From: Candidatus Thorarchaeota archaeon
GTDB taxonomy: Archaea; Asgardarchaeota; Thorarchaeia; Thorarchaeales; Thorarchaeaceae
Direction of reading: 5' to 3'
Assembly (NCBI GenBank): GCA_003345595.1
Contig: PRDI01000082.1
Span: forward strand, 1-11,490
Length of the DNA: 11,490 nt
Under the pieces are notes generated by a model. That model was not told the origin of the DNA, made no database searches, and was given only the letters and a program-made list of their open reading frames with translations. The position numbers were made by a program, and so were the translations under genes. Below are positions 5,912 to 11,490 of the stretch, piece by piece; the stretch's first letter is position 1, and each line of letters begins with the position of its first letter.

Positions 5912-8533
5912 TTGGAGGTCGCAGACTCAGACATACAGAGGAAACTCGCGAAACCCTACACAGTCTTGCTTCGCAGTGGCAGGCAAGAGCTGACTACCTT
6001 AGTGGGTGTCTTCTCTGATGTTCTGCGTGACAGGCAGCATGCTCAGATAACTGGCACCATCGAGTATGGCTACAGGGTGTCGGGCCTACTTGAAATCAAG
6101 CGAGCTTGGTTTGTGAAGTACAACAAGCCAGTATACTTCCAGGAGAGGGAGTTCCACGACATACTCAGGAAGGCTAAGAATATCCTTGTCCCAAACGAAG
6201 AGACGCCGACATTCATGGCAGACCTCAGGGACATGTTGTTGCGGCTCCAAGCTGTGGCCCCTCAAGTCGTTCCAGTCTGTCAACATTGCCTCCGTGAAGA
6301 CAGGCTTACCGTGCTGTCGCGAAGAAATGCCGTCAAGGTGTCTGAAACCCAGGTTTCATGCTTGGCATGCGCGCAGACCGATCTCAAGACTGATCTCAAG
6401 AACATGGGCGTCAACCTATCTCATGCCATGGTGGAGCAGCTCGAACGTCAGGTTTCTCGAATCAGGTCTGTGCCAAGGATAATCGACATGTTGACCCCGG
6501 GTTTCGATCCACTCCAAGAGCGAGACCTCACACTGTTTGACACAATCGCAATCCAAGAAGAGGAGGACACCCTACCGGTTTCCAGTCTGTCTGTCCCCCC
6601 TGAGATGATCGATGTCCTTCATTCAGAGGGTATCGAGAAGCTCCTGCCCGTTCAAAGCTTGGCAGTGGAGAAGGGCCTTCTCACCGGTGCCAACCTGCTC
6701 GTTGTTTCATCGACGACTTCTGGCAAGACCCTCATAGGAGAAATCGCCGGTGTGCCCAAGGCCATGAGTGGAAAGAAGATGGTGTACCTTGCGCCGCTGG
6801 TCGCTCTCACCAATGAGAAGTATGAGCAGTTCAGGAAGAAGTACAAGCATCTCGGGCTGCGCACCGGGATAAGAGTCGGCATGTCACGCCTCGATGTGGG
6901 TAGAGAAGGCAAACCCATTGTCGACACCGACATATCCAAGGCAGACATAGTATGTGCAACTTACGAAGCACTCGATATGGTATTCCGGTCTGGTGAAACC
7001 GGGATTCTCGGTGATGTTGGGACTGTTATCGTGGATGAAATACAGAATCTCGGTGACCCGGAGAGGGGACCAGAACTGGATGGACTGGTCGCCAGATTCA
7101 GATTCCATGCACCACACGCACAGATCCTATGTCTGTCAGCAACAGTCGGATCACCGTTGAAACTGGCAAAGGAGTTGGACATGACACTAGTCGAGCATGT
7201 CGGCAGGCCTGTTCCATTGGAGCGTCACCTCGTGTTTGCAAGGAGCGACGAGGAAAAGCGTGAACTGATACGCAGACTGGTCGTCGAGGAGTTTCGAAAT
7301 GTGAGCAGTGCAGGCAACAAAGGGCAATCGATCGTGTTCACTTACTCTAGGCGTCGCGCCCATGCGCTGAGCGACTGGCTGCGCGAGAGTCACGTATCGG
7401 CTGTGGTATACCACGGAGGGCTAACATACAATCGAAGACGTAGCATTGAAGCATCATTTGCGAAACAGCGCTATGCCTGCGTGGTGACGACCGCTGCATT
7501 AGGAGCTGGTGTCGACCTTCCTGCTTCGCAGGTGATCTTCGAGTCTCTAGCAATGGGCGCCGACTGGCTCACCAACGCCGAATTCGAGCAGATGCTTGGC
7601 CGTGCAGGACGTCTGGGTAAACACGATAGAGGACTCGTCTTTCTTCTTGTGCAGCCCGAAAAGAAGTATCATGGTGGACAGGACAAGACTGAGGACGAGA
7701 AGGCGGTGGAACTGCTGAATGGGGTTGTCGAAGATGTCGAACCAACAGCCGATGTTGAAAGCTGTGCAGAACAGGCTCTGGCTATGATTTGTTCAACGGG
7801 GTTAGTCGAGCTGAGAGAGGTTGCCAAGGCATACAGCAACTTGCTTTCCGCCACGATACCCGCCTCGGACGCACTCAAGTACTTGGTGCGGAATCACATG
7901 ATTCGCGTTCACGATGGTGGCGTCTACCCAACTGAACTGGGAAGGGCGACATCGATTTCATTCCTCACTCCGGCCGAGGGCTACCGAGTTCTCACACTGG
8001 CCGGCAGCATGGACATCATGGACATAGCCATCAAACTTGAGCCATTCGAGAACGTGTACCTCAGTGCTAGACTGCAAGCCGAGGTGGACGCGGCATTCAA
8101 GACTCACATGCCCACGCGACTATTCTCTGGAGTAATCTCAGATATAACAAGCCTCAATCGTCAATCTGGAAACGTCAGAAGGCTACCCCAGTGGGTGCTA
8201 GACGTCTTCACACGATGGACCTCAGAGCTATTGGACTGCAGATGTCGCGATTTTCCTGAGTGTGACCATGGGATGATTAAGCTAGGCAGATGGATTGTGG
8301 ATCGGCGAAAAGAGGGACTGAACCCCTCTGGCATAGCAAAGCAACTGCATGACCACTTTGAACTGTGGAGCTATCCTGGAGACCTCTTCACATGGTTGGA
8401 CTCGCTGATTCACAACCTCAAAGCCGTTCAGAGGATAGCAGCTGTTGCCGGCAAGACTGATCTGAGTGTGGAAATAGAGGAGCAGGTCGCCAAGATAGAG
8501 CGACCGCTCCAAGCGGTTGGGAAGAATCAGTAA
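5912..8533 (+). CDS. Archaea-specific Ski2-like SF2 helicase (ASH-Ski2 / COG1202 type) with C-terminal DUF5814-like Cys domain, 873 aa
   Basis: Q motif LLPVQ, motif I SSTTSGKT (6707-6730), Ia YLAPLVALTNEKY, Ib TYEALD, II DEIQ (7034-7045), III SAT, RPVPLERH, IV FTYSRR, YHGGL, V TTAALGAGVDLPA, VI QMLGRAGR. The long N-terminal extension with CQHC/CLAC and the C-terminal CRCRDFPECDH and YPGDLFTWLD motifs separate it from Hel308. The TTG start is uncertain. Confidence 0.93.
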   Translation: MEVADSDIQRKLAKPYTVLLRSGRQELTTLVGVFSDVLRDRQHAQITGTIEYGYRVSGLLEIKRAWFVKYNKPVYFQEREFHDILRKAKNILVPNEETPTFMADLRDMLLRLQAVAPQVVPVCQHCLREDRLTVLSRRNAVKVSETQVSCLACAQTDLKTDLKNMGVNLSHAMVEQLERQVSRIRSVPRIIDMLTPGFDPLQERDLTLFDTIAIQEEEDTLPVSSLSVPPEMIDVLHSEGIEKLLPVQSLAVEKGLLTGANLLVVSSTTSGKTLIGEIAGVPKAMSGKKMVYLAPLVALTNEKYEQFRKKYKHLGLRTGIRVGMSRLDVGREGKPIVDTDISKADIVCATYEALDMVFRSGETGILGDVGTVIVDEIQNLGDPERGPELDGLVARFRFHAPHAQILCLSATVGSPLKLAKELDMTLVEHVGRPVPLERHLVFARSDEEKRELIRRLVVEEFRNVSSAGNKGQSIVFTYSRRRAHALSDWLRESHVSAVVYHGGLTYNRRRSIEASFAKQRYACVVTTAALGAGVDLPASQVIFESLAMGADWLTNAEFEQMLGRAGRLGKHDRGLVFLLVQPEKKYHGGQDKTEDEKAVELLNGVVEDVEPTADVESCAEQALAMICSTGLVELREVAKAYSNLLSATIPASDALKYLVRNHMIRVHDGGVYPTELGRATSISFLTPAEGYRVLTLAGSMDIMDIAIKLEPFENVYLSARLQAEVDAAFKTHMPTRLFSGVISDITSLNRQSGNVRRLPQWVLDVFTRWTSELLDCRCRDFPECDHGMIKLGRWIVDRRKEGLNPSGIAKQLHDHFELWSYPGDLFTWLDSLIHNLKAVQRIAAVAGKTDLSVEIEEQVAKIERPLQAVGKNQ

Positions 8534-8539
8534 GACCGT

Positions 8540-8806
8540 CTATGCCTTCTCGGCATCTTGGGATTTGTCGAGCTCGAACACGACCCGAAGACTGCTAAGG
8601 CGGTCTGGTTCCATCGAGTCTATGTTCATATCCAGCCAGGCATGCAGGTCCTTTCGAATGGACTCTCTTGCGCTGAGCCGCCGCACGATTGCGGGGGATT
8701 CCTCTGACACCAGCTGGAACCGTGTGCACCCACAATCGCATGCGCCGTCAAGGACTCTGTCTATGTCAGACGAGGTCTTGCCACACCCACGACACTTGAA
8801 AAGCAT
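8540..8806 (-). CDS. Small Zn-ribbon protein (DUF2072/OapC-like N-terminus), 88 aa
   Basis: MLFKCRGCG-x11-ACDCGCTRFQLV matches the CxxCG...GCxxCG..F ribbon pattern. GGTGGAG lies upstream of ATG 8806. The stop is 6 nt from the convergent helicase stop. Confidence 0.78.
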   Translation of the reverse strand: MLFKCRGCGKTSSDIDRVLDGACDCGCTRFQLVSEESPAIVRRLSARESIRKDLHAWLDMNIDSMEPDRLSSLRVVFELDKSQDAEKA

Positions 8807-8985
8807 TCTAGACGTCTCCACCTGCCTTACATCGACTCTCTCTATGAGGATTGGTAATGCCGGGATAATACTGACAGAATGAACTCAATCGAAGAGAACT
8901 TCGCAATGTCAGTGTTTTCTGGTGAGTCGTGCATACGATTAGGCTTATCAGTCCGGCGTATGACAGTCAGATGGGGCGCGAGAAC

Positions 8986-9288
8986 ATGGCCAAACCGTGT
9001 GCAGTCTGTCGTGGCAAGTCTAAGATGCGATGTGATCGATGCAGGAACGAGTTCTGCCAGGAACATGCCGCCAGGTGCCCCTCGTGCGGGACTATCACAT
9101 GTATTCGAGATCTCGCTCACAAGACTGAATGCCCTGTCTGCAAGAGCCCACTTAGCATCTGTCCCGAGTGCCTTATGAACGGAAAGATTGTTCGCCTAAT
9201 TCCGCAGGTTCGCCAGTGTCCCGAGTGCGGTTGGATAGCTACCTCAGTATTAGGATCAGACAAACAGCGAAAGCAAGTACAGCAATGA
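8986..9288 (+). CDS. Cys-rich multi-zinc-finger protein, 100 aa
   Basis: CAVC, CDRC, CQEH, CPSC, CIRD, CPVC, CPEC, CPEC: 14 Cys arranged in eight regularly spaced ligand pairs. Start placed at ATG 8986, directly before the first CxxC. Confidence 0.85.
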   Translation: MAKPCAVCRGKSKMRCDRCRNEFCQEHAARCPSCGTITCIRDLAHKTECPVCKSPLSICPECLMNGKIVRLIPQVRQCPECGWIATSVLGSDKQRKQVQQ

Positions 9289-9496
9289 CGCAGATGACCT
9301 TCTGTGCCTTGGCACCGAATCCCCAGACAATCGGAATAGGGCCGAGAAGAATCACACCCTTGCTTTCCCGTTCCACATGAGCACTGTCGCTGTTACCCGG
9401 TTTCATTGTCATGACCAAGCCGACTATCAGAATGATCGCTCCAAAGGCGATCAGCAGCAGAGCCGCTATCTCAACCGGCGTTGTCGTCTGCATCAT
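9239..9496 (-). CDS. DUF131 (TIGR00304-type) small membrane protein, about 85 aa
   Basis: Signature KGVILLGPIPIVWG between hydrophobic helices. GAGGAAG lies upstream of ATG 9496/9493. Confidence 0.88.
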   Translation of the reverse strand: MMQTTTPVEIAALLLIAFGAIILIVGLVMTMKPGNSDSAHVERESKGVILLGPIPIVWGFGAKAQKVICVIAVLAFAVCLILILR

Positions 9497-9512
9497 CGCA
9501 ACTCGAACTTCC

Positions 9513-10058
9513 TCATCTTCTCTTCGCGCTTGGCAGAGTGAATGCCATGCTCTCGTATCCACCCACAGAATCGCCCTCATTTGCCCAGAGGACAACAATG
9601 TCATCGTACACATCGTGCTCAAGGAGACTCTCGATGTCTATCTCTTGAGTGCCAATTGGGAATCTCCATATTATCTCAAAGGGATAGGGAGCCTTCTCCT
9701 CCTCTAGCCATGTTTCGATCTGGTTGGTACCCGGCGTGAGCAGACCCCTAAAGTCGATCAAGTAGACAACAGCTACTATGTGGGTTTCACCCTTCAGGAA
9801 GATGTCGGTATAGTGGACGGTCGATGTGGCACGTTTGCCATTTATCACGACCCGCTCTTTGTCGAGGTAGTACTGCATACTGTTGGAAAGCTTCTCGATC
9901 TCCGACTTGAAAGCCCCTTCGTCTTGGAGCACTCGTTGGTAGAAGCCGGTTGGATCGTCATACTCAAAGCACAGGCGCTCATGTACCTCGCCGGATGTTG
10001 AAACAGAGAAGAAAGACTCAGCATGGATTGGCTCCACCATGTCTGAATGGTCGTTCAT
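9513..10058 (-). CDS. Conserved archaeal hypothetical protein, acidic and beta-rich, 181 aa
   Basis: GGAGG precedes ATG 10058, 10 nt after the nuclease stop. The motifs PIHAESFF, FEYDDP..Y, MQYYLDKERVVING and VGGYE resemble, from memory, an uncharacterised archaeal family. Confidence 0.85.
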   Translation of the reverse strand: MNDHSDMVEPIHAESFFSVSTSGEVHERLCFEYDDPTGFYQRVLQDEGAFKSEIEKLSNSMQYYLDKERVVINGKRATSTVHYTDIFLKGETHIVAVVYLIDFRGLLTPGTNQIETWLEEEKAPYPFEIIWRFPIGTQEIDIESLLEHDVYDDIVVLWANEGDSVGGYESMAFTLPSAKRR

Positions 10059-10068
10059 TCGCCGCCTC

Positions 10069-11073
10069 CTACTCGAGCGATACGGCGGCAAAGCCGGCCA
10101 GGCTCAAGTGGCTAGAGAACTTGCCAGCGTTGCCTGCAAAACAATAAGTTATCCGCGGCGCGACTGCCTCGGTGAATCCCATGAGCCCAGGAAAGTCAGT
10201 ATGTGCGCTAAGGGGGAAACCTCCCCGATTTACCTCTCGTAGAGCCCATCCAGAGAGAGTGTATGTGTTTGTCCAACCCCACAAATCCCTAGCACGTTCA
10301 GGGCCAAGGACTCTCTCGACGGCGCTATACGTATGATTCGGGGAAGAACTCACGATAGCGCAACCTCGCTCAAGCGCTTCTGAAGCCGCTTCTGAGCCCA
10401 GCGAAACGTATCTGAGATCAACTCCGTGACGAGAGTATACATCGCTTACATCGTCGATTACTCGATTTCCCGAAAGCACTTCCAGACCTTCCCTTTGGAG
10501 CACTGCGATTGCCTCTTGGGCCTTGCCCAGGGAATAGGCCTTGAACAGAGGGATTCTTCCTTCGTCAAGCTCAGCTCTGGCCTTGTCAATGATCATCTTG
10601 TGTACGTTCGCCCTCTCTGGGAACACCCATTCAGGGGAACCGTATGTAGCCTCAGTGATGAGCACATCGGCGTGCACAGGTCGGGCAGCCCGGTGGACAA
10701 CGCTATCTACCGCATTGTAGTCACCTGTGTAGAGTACTCGGAGACCATCATCGAACTCCAGCAAGAACATTGCTGAGCCTAGCACATGACCTGCGTTTAG
10801 AGTCGTGATTCTCACATGATTGAGTTCGACAGGCTCATCATACTTTGCAGTCGACGTACACTGCGGCAAGGGCTCTCCTCTGGCAGCAAGCGTTTCCAAC
10901 GTTTCTGCCGTGGCCACAAGACTGCCGGAACAGGCCAGGTTGGACACGTGATCGGCATGAGCATGCGATATCAGTGTGACATCTGTGTGAAGGCCCACGT
11001 CAAACGCGAACTTCATCTCACGATAGTGGAGGACTATGCCTGAACCACTCTTGGTGAGCTTCAGCGTTGACAT
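10069..11073 (-). CDS. MBL-fold metallo-hydrolase of the beta-CASP nuclease family (short COG1236-like form, no KH domains), 334 aa
   Basis: FAFD (motif 1), SHAHADH (motif 2), NAGHVLGS (3), YTGDY (4), EATYG (A), YSLGKAQE, LSGW, FPLSAHTDF (B). Confidence 0.93.
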   Translation of the reverse strand: MSTLKLTKSGSGIVLHYREMKFAFDVGLHTDVTLISHAHADHVSNLACSGSLVATAETLETLAARGEPLPQCTSTAKYDEPVELNHVRITTLNAGHVLGSAMFLLEFDDGLRVLYTGDYNAVDSVVHRAARPVHADVLITEATYGSPEWVFPERANVHKMIIDKARAELDEGRIPLFKAYSLGKAQEAIAVLQREGLEVLSGNRVIDDVSDVYSRHGVDLRYVSLGSEAASEALERGCAIVSSSPNHTYSAVERVLGPERARDLWGWTNTYTLSGWALREVNRGGFPLSAHTDFPGLMGFTEAVAPRITYCFAGNAGKFSSHLSLAGFAAVSLE

Positions 11074-11151
11074 GTGACAGCCTCGGTACTCGGATGCTTA
11101 GAGTCACAAAAGGCTTTCCAATCGTCAGTGAATATGGGATCTACTTCCCAG

Positions 11152-11490
11152 TCATAGGACCTTGACCATGAAATTCATGGAATCATACTCGGAGGATGAA
11201 CGAGTCAGACGCTCCATACTCTGAACACATTCAAGCCCTGCCTTCCCGACTAGGGGCAGCCGAATCATCTTAGTCTTTCCGCGAGCTGCGAGATTAAGAA
11301 GCTGACCAGCGGCGGCTTCCGTGCTTATCATCTCGCTATCCATGGAAGCGAACGAAACAAAGGCATCATCGCCGTGAGCCTCAAAGCCGCAAGCCAGCTG
11401 AGTACGACCTTTGACCGTGATAGTCTTCAGTGACCCTCTAAGAACAGCCAAGTTTAGCGCCAGCCAGACAAGAGAGCAGGTCAGTCCGCC
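11152..11490 (-). CDS. 3' end of a hypothetical protein truncated by the right window edge
   Basis: The frame of ORF 11152..11451 stays open to 11490 (...GGLTCSLVWLALNLAVLRGS...), so the true start lies outside the window. It is co-oriented with the nuclease gene. Function is not recognisable; it might be a GNAT-like C-terminal domain, but that is a weak impression. Confidence 0.65.
   Translation of the reverse strand, partial: GGLTCSLVWLALNLAVLRGSLKTITVKGRTQLACGFEAHGDDAFVSFASMDSEMISTEAAAGQLLNLAARGKTKMIRLPLVGKAGLECVQSMERLTRSSSEYDSMNFMVKVL

Noticed and set aside
6377-6400. 12-bp near-tandem repeat ACCGATCTCAAG/ACTGATCTCAAG (TDLK-TDLK) in the helicase
   Set aside because: Only two copies, in frame within an amphipathic helix; not an array or a mobile-element footprint.
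5912-8533. Calling the helicase Hel308/Hjm or Lhr
   Set aside because: The long Cys-containing N-terminal extension, TTAALGAGVD and the C-terminal Cys cluster fit the COG1202/ASH-Ski2 group instead.
8842-9178. ORFs 8842..9120 (-) and 8879..9178 (+)
   Set aside because: They are alternative frames over the Zn-finger gene, whose regular CxxC pattern marks the real frame.
1283-11043. Other short ORFs nested in or antisense to the main genes (e.g. 1581..2057, 4238..4609, 10426..10776)
   Set aside because: Shadow ORFs expected at this GC content, with no independent motifs or translation signals.
1-11490. CRISPR arrays, tRNA/rRNA genes, IS elements, replication-origin ORB repeats
   Set aside because: I saw no periodic repeats, cloverleaf or T-loop signatures, transposase motifs, terminal inverted repeats or ORB-like G-string repeats by eye, and the intergenic gaps are short.

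Overview
This is a gene-dense archaeal chromosomal segment, with archaeal-type SD motifs (GGAGG/GGTGA) and TATA boxes. It most likely comes from an Asgard archaeon, possibly Thorarchaeia; that is an inference from gene content, chiefly the OST5-like protein. From left to right it holds: the 5' part of a HerA/DUF87-type P-loop ATPase (-), a 6-TM membrane protein (-), an MFS transporter (-), a conserved archaeal hypothetical protein (+), a 65-aa protein that closely resembles the eukaryotic oligosaccharyltransferase subunit OST5/TMEM258 (+), a putative three-gene operon of two unknown proteins plus an archaea-specific Ski2-like helicase (ASH-Ski2/COG1202 type) (+), a small Zn-ribbon protein (-), a 14-Cys multi-zinc-finger protein (+), and a minus-strand run of a DUF131 membrane protein, a conserved hypothetical protein, a short beta-CASP metallo-beta-lactamase nuclease and the 3' end of a gene cut by the window edge. 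I saw no RNA genes, CRISPR arrays or mobile elements. The main points of interest are the OST5-like eukaryotic signature protein and a possible uncharacterised RNA-processing neighbourhood (unknown protein, degenerate PIN-like protein, ASH-Ski2, Zn fingers, atypical beta-CASP). All family calls come from motif recognition by eye, not database searches.
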